DNA from: a virus
IMG/VR virus record: IMGVR_UViG_3300013132_000025
Coordinates: 32,001-96,000 of that record
Length of the DNA: 64,000 bases
Reading direction: 5' to 3' (one strand)
The notes under the pieces were generated by a model that was not told the origin of the DNA, did no database searches, and was given only the letters and a program-made list of their open reading frames with translations. Below, piece by piece: positions 48,559-60,190 of the stretch. Within the stretch, counting starts at the first letter, position 1. Every line of letters begins with the position of its first letter. Made by a program: the position numbers and the translations under genes.

Positions 48559-50528
48559 GATGCTGTCTCCTTGGTCGGTTGCTGCTAGGGCAGCGTATCA
48601 GTTGAGAGCGGGGAGTGCAAGTGCCCGGTGTGGGCGGCTCGTTTATCCCTGCCCCGGCATTATGACAGAAGCGCCGGGGAGATACAAGGCCCTCTCGTTT
48701 ATCCCTTGTTTCCTAGAGATTAGAGGGCCTCTCGCTGGCTCTCCATGTAGCGGCGAGCCGTGGCCTCGTCCCCATAGACATTCCCTGCGTAGGACTGCCC
48801 ATCGAAGTTCACGAGGGCAACGCCATACTCGGGCGTGGACCCATCCAGCAGGTAGAGAGCGGCGTAACAACCCGCAGGGGCGGTAGGAACGGCCTCTACG
48901 AACACCGGGTTCCGCGCCTTCCATCGGGCTGGCGGGGTGATGGTGATGGTTGCGATGCTCATTGGTGTCTCCTCGTCGTTGCTCATGGTGGGGAGCATAT
49001 CACGGATGGAGGGCGGGGCATAGGCCCCGTTTATCCCTCCACCCATGACCACACCTCGGGGTCGCTAGGATGCTGCTCGGGGAGGGTGGCAAGCCTAGGC
49101 CATACCCGCATCCCCTCCTGCTCCATGATGGAGAAGGCAGCGTTTACACGCGGCGTGATGTTCGTGAACTCACCAGCCCGGAGCCACTCCATGTACCGCT
49201 GCTCATCGCTCAACATAACCCAACTTCCTTTGGATAAGCCACGCATCCAGAGCGTCCTGAATAAACGTGGTAATGTTCTCCTGCACCGTATCGAAGTCCA
49301 CGGTGCCCTCCTGCTCGTTCCACTCTCGGATGTTGAGAGAAACCTCAACATCAATCGGGAGCGTAATCTGTCCATCTATCACAGCCACTCCTCCTTGTGC
49401 TTACGCTTGCGCGTGTACGTTGCGGGCACGCTGTAAACGCGGTCCTTGCGCGTGCGCCTGACCTGAATGCGAGTGCGCTCACGGATGCGGCGTGCCCGCT
49501 TAGGCTCAATGAACCTATCCTCGCTCTGCTGCTCCTGCTCGTACACGATTGTCTCCTGTTGGATAACTAACTAACTCGGAACTTTAGCAGATGAATAACT
49601 ATCTATCTGCTAACCATCTAAACGATGATAAAGTCCATCGAAGTAACCATCTTGCCCTCATCAGTCGCTCCACTCATCCTCGTCACCGACACACTCAACG
49701 CACCAATAGACCTCATGGTACTCGTTTGTACCGGCATCTAGTATCAGACCGGGGAGGCGGTTAGCCCATAACCCGGAACCGGGAGCCGTGGACTTTCCGC
49801 ACTCCACACAGTCATCAAACGTCTTGTTACTCATCTCATCTCCTTTGTTTGACTAGTGCCCCGGTACCGTATCAGGAAAGTACCGGGGCACACAAGTCCT
49901 CGTTTATTTAGTCTGAGATAATCCACTCAAAGCCAGCGTACTCAGCGGCCACCTCTGCTTCCAGCAGACCCGCGATGCCAGCCCGACCATGGCCCTCAGC
50001 CATCCAGCGAGTCGCCCACTCAACGGCGTCCTGTTCCAGCAGGAACGGACCAATGACGTTCATCTGGCCTCGGTACGACTCGGTAATGACACTCCACCAC
50101 AGAACCTCGTCCATCACAGCCTCCTTTGTAGGCAGTTGGTTTAGACGCCCCACTCGGTCAGACGACCGTTGGGCTTCTCCGGGGTGCGAACCTGCACCTC
50201 GGGGTAATACACCTCGTCCGTCTTGGTGTCCACGATAGCGACGACCATCCACACACCCTGACCATCGGGGTCCACCACAGAGTCGTAGGCGGTCGTTTCG
50301 GCGTACCCAGCGGCCTCGTCCCACTCCTCGTAACCGTCGTACAATACATCGAAGTCCCCACCCTTGACCACGGCGATGAAGCGATACAGGTCGCGGTCGC
50401 CATTGTAGAAGCCAGCGTCAGCGGGACCACGCCGGGGGTCGCCAAAGGCGTTCGTGATGCGGTCCACAACCTGCTCGGTGTCAATCTCGGTACTCATCAG
50501 AATCTCCTTGTTTGATTGGTGCCTAGGC

Positions 50529-50568
50529 AGCATAAAGGGATGCTGCGCGAGATACAAGGCCTCGTTTA
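50529..50568 (-). promoter_or_regulatory. Sigma70-type promoter with upstream TAAACG
   Basis: TAAACG-N5-TTGTAT-N17-TATGCT upstream of RBS AAGGAGA. Confidence 0.75.
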
Positions 50569-52613
50569 GATGGCCTCAGCAAGTCTAGCGAATAGAAGGT
50601 GGTTTCCGTAAACACCACTCTCACCATCAAACTGCTGGTGGTCCTCCATGCCCACAAAGAGGCTCTCTCCATCAGGCTCTACAAACACCGTGTATGAAGC
50701 GTCAGTCTCGTACTCGTCCCCATTCTCGTCAAAGTAAACGACGGGGAAAGAGATATGGACGTACACTCCCTTATCGTTCTTGACGGTGTAAACGTCGGGG
50801 TCAGCAATCTCAGAACTCATGGTATCTCCCTTTCTCTTTATGCGCGGGTGCGAAGGTATCGCACTCGGTCCCTTGCCCACTTCCGGCGAGCCTCGGTGAA
50901 CGGATAGCCGTTCTCTATACAATCGTCCAGCATCGTCAGAACCTTACTCTCGTCGGACCCCGTTTGTACCGCGAGGTCATGAATCATGGTGCGAGCGATA
51001 GAGAGGTCGTTCGCGTTCTGCTCCTTGGCAAGCCTGCGGCTCTCAACACGCTTCTGCTGCTGCGCCTGCTTGATTAGACGCTTGGCCTCATCCTTGACCT
51101 GACCAATAAGGTGCTTGTTTGCACCGAGGAAAGTCTGGATGCAGTTTGAGCCTGCGATGAGGTCGCCCCCATTCTCGGAGTCGGACAGGTGGAACTCGTA
51201 ACGAATCCCACCATGCCCGCACACCTCGCAGGTCGTGTAGTTGCCGGGGCCACGGTCCACAGCATGAACAAGGTGGAGCCGGTGAGCGTCCTGCTCGTTC
51301 TCGGGGACTCCGATGCCCTCAAAGAAGTCCTTGATGCCGCTTGCCTGTCGCTTGGTGAACTCCATGGTATCTCCTCTTTCGTAGATGCCCTAGCATCGTA
51401 TCACAGAAAGAATGAATAACCAACTAACCGTTTGTACGGCCTACTCCTCTACCAGAACCTCAATGCTGATTTCGTGGAGCGTGCCGCTCTTGGTGTTGTA
51501 AACGGCATCAGGTCGCCACAGACCTTCCCACATGGACTCAGCGACAGTCCATTTCACCGAATCTAGCGAGCGATGCATCGTAAACCACACCTCACGTTCT
51601 CCCGGCTTAGTCTCCACCAGAAGCCATGGACGCTCCTGTTGAGTAGCAACATCATTACGAAGGTTATCCCAATCAACATCGTGGAAGTTGTATTCGGAGA
51701 TAGCGTCCCGAATGACCTCGTTCGTAATCTGAATGTCCTCGGGGAGAGAACTAATGCTCATCGGAATCCTCCTCGTTTACACGCAACGTGACATAGCCAG
51801 CCTCAATGAGAGCGGCAGCCATGCGACCATAAGAACCTTGGAGCGACCAAGCCATCCCGGTGTCCACAAGGTACTGAAAGAGGTCAATGATGCCATCCTC
51901 ATCCAACTCACCCTGCTCATACTCCATAATCGAACTGACGTAATCCATTTCTGCCTCCTTTATCACTTGCCCTGTAAGTGTACCGGGTCTATCCATCTAA
52001 TACAACTATCTGTTTATTCGACCTACCACTCAAAGCGAGTGGATAGAATCTTGTGGTCAGGAAACAAACAACGAACCTGCTCAGTAGCGCGGTCCATCAT
52101 CTCAACGATGATACCCTCGTCACTTAGGTCTGACCAAACGTAGTCAAGCGTGTCCTCATTCTGCTCGGTCAGCGAAGCCTCATAAACAAACTCGTCAGGC
52201 TCACCCGACTCGCTAATCATCTCAACAATAACGAACATTTAGATGCGCTCCTCGCTCATAGACTCTCGGTGAACTCGCTCAACTTCCTGCTCAGTCACCC
52301 AAGCATAGAAACTCTCTCGGGACTCCTCCTCGGCCTCAGCCTGAGCAAGAATGTCCTTCCATTCCTCGGAGTCTGTGACATAGGACTCAGCATCAACGTC
52401 AGCAGAATACTGTCGCTGTGCAGCCTCGGCCATACCAATGCGATACTCAGCCCACAGGCTAAGAGCCTCGTCCAGAATAACGAACTGCTCAACGGTCAGG
52501 TCGCCGTTTACAGTCAGGTCGTCAAGGCGGTGGTACAGAGTAGTCGCCTTATCCTGAATCTCTACAGTATCGTCGTGCATCATGGTTCTATCTCCTTTCG
52601 TGCTTGCTCGTCA

Positions 52614-52653
52614 AGCATACAGACTTGACTCTCAAAGCGCAAGTGCCTGTTTA
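52614..52653 (-). promoter_or_regulatory. Sigma70-type promoter with upstream TAAACA
   Basis: TAAACA-N5-TTGCGC-N17-TATGCT. Confidence 0.7.
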
Positions 52654-53894
52654 TACCACTTCCCACTCGTTAGGAAACCAATGCGAGGCAACTTGCATCT
52701 CTCGCTTCCACGAACGCTCCTCCTCCACACACTCAGAGAATCGCTCAATGATGAGCAGACCCATCGCAATCAAGTCCTTCTCATCTGTATCAATCTGGTT
52801 CATGGTGCAGTATGAAGCATCCTCGGCATACTCCCAATCGCCATTCTCTCGCGTGAGGACCGTAAACCTCAGCAGAGGCTCGTCAGTAGGGTCCGTGGGG
52901 TCGAAGTCCCCATACCAACCCTCACCGATGTAATCCCACTCAACCTTGACAGTCCCATCATCGTTAGTTGCAGTAATGGGAATAAACGACTCAATGTTGT
53001 CAGTCCAATCCTTCATCATTTCCTCCTAATGTCCGTAGTGGTCGGGGTGACTCATTCGATACTTGGCCTCCTGCTTCATATCTGAGATACAAGTCGCATC
53101 ACAGCGAATGGGGAAACCCACAGTCACCACCTTATAGATAAGCACGCTCAGAATGACAGAGAGCGAAGCGTACAGCATAAACTTCCACATCACTTCCCCT
53201 TCCATTGGGTATAAGTCCCGGTTATCTCCTCGTAGATATCGAAAGGCTCGTCAAGTGTGTGCCCCGCATCATCTCGGTAGCCACAGTCGTCGTTGCTTCC
53301 AACATCGCAAGCAAGATAACATGCGAGACCTCGGAAGTAGTAGTCAGGCTCTAGCATGTTTATTCATCTCCCTTCCAGATAGACCATTCCTCGCCCAACT
53401 CCCACTCACTACTGGGAGCCTCGCAAGCGAGGTCAAGTGCCGCATCCTTACTGTCTGCCTCAATCTCAATATACGCATCAGTTCTGATAATGTAAAGGGG
53501 CATGTTTATACCTCCTTCACATCAAGGTCGTTGCCATAGATGAAGTCAATGATGGAGGCGTCCTCGGTGCCTACGCGACCCTTAGTAAACAACTCCTTGG
53601 CCTCATCAGCACTATTCACCTCAACCTGAGTCTGCAACATCTGAGTCTCAGTCCAAGTAAGAGTATAAACGGGCATCATGCCACCTCCTCGGGATAGCCA
53701 GCCTGAGAACGAATAGAATCAATCATTGACTCTAAACGCTCAACATGCTTCTTATCGTCAGCGTTGTCATAAACATCGTGGAACGGTGAGTCCAGAATCT
53801 CCTGAATATTCTGCCCCAAAGTCCAGAGAATGTAATCCACATCCTCAACGGGACCGCTAATGGTAAGAATGTTCTGGCACCAACTAGACATTCT

Positions 53895-54221
53895 CTAATC
53901 CTCCCACTCGTCGTCGTCCTCGTTGTCCATCTCGTAGTCGAACTCAACGATGAGGCGAGCCACACGACCATCCCTGTCATACTCAACGTACACAGGATAA
54001 ACGCCATCGCCCCAGCCGGTGCTAGTGCAGACAGCATCCGAGAAACGACCATTAGTAGCGAACTGACCAGCACGCTCGTCGTTCAGACTAGCCGCACAGG
54101 CGCGACCATAAGGGGAGTCATCGTCCCACTCACCGTCAAGGACATAGCAGGGGTCCACCACGAACACCTGTCCAGAGTCCACCGGGACAACGCCCACCTT
54201 CACTCGGGTATTACTCGTCAT
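53895..54221 (-). CDS. DUF4241-like protein
   Basis: VPVDSGQVFVVD and STGWGDGVYPVY motifs. Confidence 0.6.
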   Translation of the reverse strand: MTSNTRVKVGVVPVDSGQVFVVDPCYVLDGEWDDDSPYGRACAASLNDERAGQFATNGRFSDAVCTSTGWGDGVYPVYVEYDRDGRVARLIVEFDYEMDNEDDDEWED

Positions 54222-54276
54222 TGTTAGCCTCCTTTATTGCTTGCTCGTCAAGTGTACCAGAACTGATTGTCCAATA

Positions 54277-56448
54277 CTACTGCTCGTTTACACGGTCCCT
54301 CTGTGCAACGACGGCTTGGAGAATGTCATACACCTCTCCCTCGTCATAGACCTCGGAGAGAGCCTGCCTCTGCTCATCTGTCACCTCGTCCTCACCCACA
54401 ACGATAAGGTCGTCCTCGTCGCAGCCACCCCAACTGCCGTCTGCTGCGCTCATCCAGATAATCCGACGACCCATGACTAGGCCTCCCGGATAAACGTAGA
54501 GAGCGTGTCAATCAGAGCCTCGCGCTCCTCGGCGGTGTCGGGAAGGGGAATCACAATCGTTCCCACGTTCGTCTTGGGGCCACCAACGACGTTGGACTCC
54601 ACGATGATGTTTAGACGACCACCGACGATGGGGAAAACCCCAACCTCGTAGATACGAACGAAGTCGGTGGTGCCGTGGTCGCGCTCAACCTTATAGGTGT
54701 AAGGCTTGGTCTGCTCCTCTGCTGCCTTGCCAATCATCTTGCCTCCTTGTATGTCTCGTTGTAAAAGTCCACCATAATCCCGCGATACTTCCGCTCAATG
54801 ATGGTGCTTGCAACATCATACACCACCTCAACGAAAGAATCGCTAAGGGCGTTTGTACGGTCAAACCAGAACGGAAGGTACTCGTCCATCAGAACGTCCA
54901 ACAGTTGCGTCGGGAGAGGAAAGAACAGGTCGTAGTAAGGGCGCTGACCGTCCCAATACTCCCAAGCCGTCTTAGCGAACACACGACCGACATACTCAGG
55001 GTCATTTCCATTTCCGTAGATGGCAACCCCATGAATGCTCTGGTCAAACGGGTCCACATAAGGCGAAAAGTTTATACCAGCATCGCATTCCACGGTCTCC
55101 TGTAAGGTCTCGCGGAAGTCCTGCTCTACGAACCTCTCGGTCTTGATACGCTGCTCGGCATCACACATTAGTCCCACCCATTTACACGGGCCGACTGCTT
55201 GGCCTGACGGCGCTCGGTGCGACGGCTCTTGTTGCCATGAACCTGAGAGCGAGGAACAGCAATCCCTGTGTGACCAGAGATGCCAAGTTCCTGCCTCATG
55301 GCTCGGCGTTGCTTGTTGGTAAGGTTTCTCATCTTATCTCCCTTGATTGATGCCTAGGCAGCATACATCATAAGACTGACTAGAACAAGTGCCTGTTTAT
55401 TTGATAAACTCATTCACAAGTTCGTTGAGGTCAATCTCGTCAATCCAATAACCGTACGAGCCTAGATACTGACCAGCAGCGTCGTAAACAGATGCACTAC
55501 TGCCACCTCCATCGAACTAAACGAGTTCCAAAACCTGTTGAGGGTCGTCCTCGGAATGAACGTAAACGTGAGTAGCCTCAAACTCAGAGTAAGTAAAAGC
55601 CATTGTCTTTCTCCTTTATCCGTACACCACACTACCGAAAGCGGCAACCTGCACAATGCAGTCAGCCGCATCGCCGTCAATCATGCCGGGGTCGTTCTCC
55701 TGCACGGCACGACGAATGTAGCCGGTGATGGTGTTATTTGCCATATGACTGTTCTCATCCAGAAACTTCTGGATGGCCTCGGTGATGTTGGTGGCGTTGA
55801 TGGTGTAAACATTGACCTCGCCACTACCCTCATCACGCTCAACAATGTCGGTGACAGTAACCTGCTGCCAGCGTTCGAAACCATCCGGGGTCTCAGCCTT
55901 CTTAGCAACAAGGTTATTCAGTTCCGCCCAATAGTAGCAGACACCATAAGAGCCATCGAAAGCACTCACAAGAATGCAATCAACCATAGCCTCGGTGATA
56001 GGAAGTTGCGTGGTGACAACGCCAACAACCTTAGAGTTGTCGTACATCTCAGCCTCGGCTTCCAGCATCTCCCTCACATATGGGTCAGACATTGTGTTTC
56101 TCCTTTCGTAGTTCATCTGAATAGATGATATCAAACAGACCAACTCAGCACAAGAAAGTGTTTATACGACTAGGCGCTAAACATCTGATGGTAATGCTCC
56201 TCGGGGGTGAGGATGTTTAGGCCGTAACGAAAATGACCGGGACCAAACCAGATTGGGTTACGGTACTCATCACTCATACGATGCCGCCGATAGTCATTCC
56301 AGATAGTCGCCGGGTGACTCCACAACTCGCAAACGTAATCCTCAATGTCATGGTAGTTTACACTATCCATAGAGATGATGTATTCCTCTACGAAATCCCA
56401 GAACAACTCATCAGACCTACCATCATATCCGCCAGCAACGTAAGCCAC
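54277..56448 (-). other. Small hypothetical ORFs (54277-54474, 54477-54737, 54734-~55170, 55616-56092, 56170-56448 and shorter ones)
   Basis: Packed minus-strand ORFs with RBS; no recognised function. Confidence 0.55.
55360..55399 (-). promoter_or_regulatory. Sigma70-type promoter with upstream TAAACA
   Basis: TAAACA-N5-TTGTTC-N17-TATGCT; leader GCCTAGGCA shared with the 50529 promoter. Confidence 0.7.
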
Positions 56449-56482
56449 AATCTCTCCTCTCCTATAAACTTGTTGATAAAAG

Positions 56483-56582
56483 CACCCCTAGCGGGAGTCG
56501 AACCCGCGATAAACCTCCGCATAAACATCACAAGCGTCCTTGTGAATGTCCCGGCGTCGTTGCCATCTAGACCATTAGGGGC
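56483..56582 (-). tRNA. Atypical tRNA-like RNA (Glu-like body, anticodon arm replaced by a long hairpin, no encoded CCA)
   Basis: Acceptor GCCCCTA/TAGGGGT plus discriminator G; D arm GTC-TAGATGGCAAC-GAC; perfect T arm GCGGG-TTCGACT-CCCGC; central arm ACAT-TCACAAG-GACG-CTTGTGA-TGT. Confidence 0.7.
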
Positions 56583-56891
56583 CACATTATAGACGGTTCC
56601 ACACAGGGGCTTGATGCTCCTAAAAACAATGCCTCTGCCGTCACCGACAACCGAACCCTTAGTTAGTTTATACACAGATGGCCCCGAGCGACGGCTAGTT
56701 CTTAGATGGTGCCGAATAACACCACGCTCATCTATGTATGTTTAGACTGCTTATCATTTATGGCTCTCGCGCTCATCGTCCCACAATGGTTGATGAGATT
56801 TCCCGACCTACCAATCGGTTTCTTACGGAGATTCCTCCACCCCACTAGGTCAAAGGTGGTAGCCCTCGCCTAGTCGGTCGTGAAAGCCGTT
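56583..56891 (-). ncRNA. Putative structured non-coding RNA between hammerhead and tRNA-like element
   Basis: No credible ORF; several stems and two hairpin loops with perfect complementarity (CUACCA/UGGUAG). Confidence 0.6.
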
Positions 56892-56936
56892 GATGCCCGT
56901 AGGCATTTCGTCCTCTAAGGACTCATCAGAACGGCT
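56885..56936 (-). ncRNA. Type I hammerhead ribozyme
   Basis: AGCCGUU-CUGAUGA-GUCC-UUAGA-GGAC-GAAA-UGCC-UACG-GGCA-UC-AACGGCU: complete catalytic core, three perfect stems, AUC cleavage triplet. Confidence 0.92.
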
Positions 56937-56941
56937 AAAAA

Positions 56942-57091
56942 CTACAGTTCTATCGTGGAAGCACCATCAGTCTGCAACTCCATGACCCACCCCTCACGCC
57001 ACTCATTTATAGCACAAGCCTCACCAAAAGACGCATAAGGACCGAAAGCGGTATATCCATCTGAAAGATTACCAGCGAGAAAGACAAACAT
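56942..57091 (-). CDS. Small hypothetical protein directly upstream of the hammerhead
   Basis: Hand translation, 49 aa MFVFLAGNLSDGYTAFGPYASFGEAC...; GAGGAG RBS; stop 5 nt before ribozyme stem I. Confidence 0.6.
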   Translation of the reverse strand: MFVFLAGNLSDGYTAFGPYASFGEACAINEWREGWVMELQTDGASTIEL

Positions 57092-57143
57092 TCTTACTCC
57101 TCTCTTTGATTACTCTACGAGAATACCACCTCGGCTCAGAAAG

Positions 57144-60100
57144 TCAAGAGCCTGAATAAACGTAGGATATCTGAGCCTCTACCTCATCAGCATGACGCTC
57201 ATCAAGAAACCGATTGTCCGGTGCGCCCCATATGCTCTGCCCCATGATGTTAGAAGCCGCAGCCTTGGAAGCATCCAGAAGCGAAGTCACTAGAGACATA
57301 GCATCCTTTGGGTCCATACGAAGTATAAACCCGTTACGTTCGTTACCTGAATGGATAACTACTTCATCTTTGTAAACCGCAACAAACAAACTCATACCGT
57401 TGCCTCGTCTATCTGCTTGCCACACACCTAGATACTACAGGCCCCCTCCCCCAATGTCAAGGGAAGGGGGCAAGGTGTTTAGATGGCAGCGCCCATGAAG
57501 TCCTCATTCGGCACCTCAACAACACCACCGACAATCTCCACCTCCACAAAGGCGGGGACAGGCTCGGAAAAAGAAGCGGTGGTAGCCTCGCCGGTCAGCA
57601 CCTTAGCAACCTTGTCCAGCCTGTCACGAAGGGCCTTGTTCTCAGCCTCCACAGCCTCTAGACGCTGAATAAACGAGATGCTAACAGTCTCATCATCCAT
57701 AGACTCGCTAATCTTGCCCTCAATAATCCACTCAACGCGAGTGTCGAAGTCCTCAATGTCGTCGGACTCAAAGGTGCGCCAACGCAGCGCCTCCTCAATC
57801 TGGTCTGAGATATCAAGGTTGTTGTCAAGGTATTCCTGAACACGACCGTCAATATCTGCCTCATCAACGACATTCTCAGCAACATCTCGGATAAACGACT
57901 CGTTGTTGTAAACCGCATCGGCGGCCTTCTCATCAACGAGGGTCTCAATGTCAGCGGGCCAATCCTCAAAACTCATGGTATCTCCTTTAGTTGATTGCTT
58001 CCTGAGAAGCATAGCATGGGGTGTTGCAGAAAAGCAACTGCTAGTGTAAACGCTCAGGCTCGTCCAAAGACTCCTCTAGGGAGAGGCGAGCGGTAGTGAG
58101 AGCCGGTGGCTCGTAATCAGTCCCGTAGCCGCTTACGCTAAGAGTAGCGTTGATAAGAGCGCGAATCTCGTCCTCGTACAGATAGAAAGGAACCTGCCCC
58201 TCATCCAAAACTTCCTCCCACTCCTCACTAATGAGCGACAAAGACACTATCTGCTCAATGTTGAGCATTACCTCATACTCAGGAGCAGAACGGATAAACG
58301 TCTTTCGTGCTTTGATAGTCTGCAACGAAGTAACGTGATTGGCGAAGTCCCTCAATCTATGCGCGCCATTCTTGTCGTTGCCCCAACCACTATAAAGAGT
58401 CTGTCCATCAGTTGTGCGAATCTGAATGTAACTCGTCTTGCTCATCTAAACCTCCACCTCAATGTTGTTAGCCGCACCACGAACATCCCATCCGTAGTAC
58501 CCCTCAATCATAGAAGCGGCCTCATCAATAATGTCATCTCGCTCTCCCGAAGGGGGCGTGATGATTGCAGTAGAAAGAACAAAGTAGTCTCCCACAAAGG
58601 TAACAGTAGTCATTTACTTGTCCTCCTCTCGGACCCAAAAAAAGTATTCCTCAATCTCCACAAGGTTGTCTGTTCCACAGTATAGGTCGTAAATCGCAAG
58701 ATTCCTTGCTTCCAGATTGTCAGCCGCCGATGCAGGGCTGTCGTCATACTCCTTGAGAAACAAATCAAGCGCAAACAAACGCGCTTGCTTCCAGATATAA
58801 TCACGAGCATCCATCTCGTTATCAAAAGAACGGACTCCCCAATCATCCTCAGAATGAGGAACTGCTCCGATATAGTTCCATCCTGCCAGCATTCCGCCTC
58901 CTTTGGTCAATCAACTTACACGAACAGACTATCAGACTGCCTTGGACAGCACAAGTCCCTGTTTAGTCGTCGTAGTCGCAGGGAAAAGACTCCTTCTCCA
59001 AGTGATAAAGGTAGTCTCCACGGTCTGCTAGGTAGTCGTCATAGTCAGCCTCAGCCATCTCACAACAGGTATCAAAAGTGAGTTCCATAGGAGTCCAGAA
59101 GTCTCCATCCTCCTTCTCCCCATGCACCTCGGTAATCATGCGGTATTCCTCCATGACCTCTTGCTCGGTGCCGATGAAGTATGGGATTTCATAGTCCTTG
59201 ACTATCTTGCCTGTCTCCGGGTCTGTCTCGTACAAACCCCACAGGCCCTTATCCGAGATTTCCTCGGCCTGCTTCTGGAAAGCGTACTCAGGCGGGTCAT
59301 ACCATGACATTACAGATTCTCCCTTGGAACGGGTACACACTTGGGGCAAAATGGAAGCCCCCCGGCCCAAGTTATTGCCTTGGTTGCTGGGTTGATAAAC
59401 ACCACATTATCCTCATTTACGATGTGACCACACATACACTTGATTGTGTCAGTTGCGGTATCTTTACTTATATTATCCATCATCTAACTCTCCTCTCCTT
59501 ACCTTATCTTACCGGGCGTGCCAAAAGTTAGGCTTAGGCACGTTGGTCTTGTGAGGCTTGCTTACCCCCATCTTGGTAGCGCGAACCTTGCGGCGCCTGT
59601 TAGTAACCGAACGACGAACTTTCTTCATGTTGTCTCCTTTGATTGGTGTCTATCTTACTTACCGTGTAACTCTACCACCTAACTCACATCAAGTCAAATC
59701 ATCGTCGTCATATTCATCTATAACTATAAACTCTCGGACAAACATAAGCAATATCCCTGAAACAATAGCCCACAAACCCGCGTTCCAATCTCCCGAGAAA
59801 AAGTAATAGGCCCCGAAAAAGAAACACACAAGACCAACAAACAGGGATAGGATTCTAACTAACTCAGTCACTCTTGACTATCTCTTTCCATACAAGATAT
59901 GCTGCTTTGCTTGCGTTGTCCAGACGAGACCACCTTTCCCTATAGAACCTTACCTTTGTCTGAATAGCATGGTAAGACTCCATTTGTACCTCTACCCGGA
60001 GAACATCTTTACTACCGGGGAAGTCAGGAACCTTGGGCTTTCGGATGATGCTTGCAACATCCTTTGCCACAAGGTATTCCCGGTGAGCCTCATTGGAACG

Positions 60101-60190
60101 ACGAGAGATTACCTTCCACGCCCTATAGAACAGTTCTGCATTCTTTGGGCTAGGCTCGGACATAACGAGTACCTCGGCGCTCTCCCTCAA
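57144..60190 (-). other. Small hypothetical ORFs (57144-~57396, 57479-57976, 58041-58445, 58614-~58892, 58963-~59310, 59689-59871 membrane, 59864-~60160)
   Basis: Packed minus-strand ORFs with RBS and promoters, e.g. TTGACA-N17-TAGTAT near 57432-57460. Confidence 0.55.

Larger units (their letters stand above)
48720..53891 (-). other. Dense run of small, mostly acidic hypothetical early-type ORFs (e.g. 48720-48962, 49203-49388, 49908-50114, 50141-50497, 50566-50820, 50838-51365, 51441-51761, 51751-51948, 52023-52238, 52239-52583, 52651-53019, 53676-53891)
   Basis: Many have a clear GGAG-type RBS and a nearby promoter; 50838-51365 has CxxC/H/C putative Zn ligands. Confidence 0.6.

Noticed and set aside
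49640-49670. Second CUGAUGA on the minus strand as another hammerhead
   Set aside because: No stem II-GAAA-stem III arrangement follows; it overlaps the stop of a small ORF.
56388-56675. 95-aa minus-strand ORF across the tRNA-like element
   Set aside because: No RBS, overlaps a well-formed T arm and acceptor stem and the next gene.
56690-56845. RNase P RNA or group I intron identity for the structured RNA (GAGGAAUCUCC, UAGAUGA..AGAAC, GACUA/CAGUC)
   Set aside because: Only fragmentary resemblance; I could not build the P4 helix of RNase P or the P3/P7 core of a group I intron.
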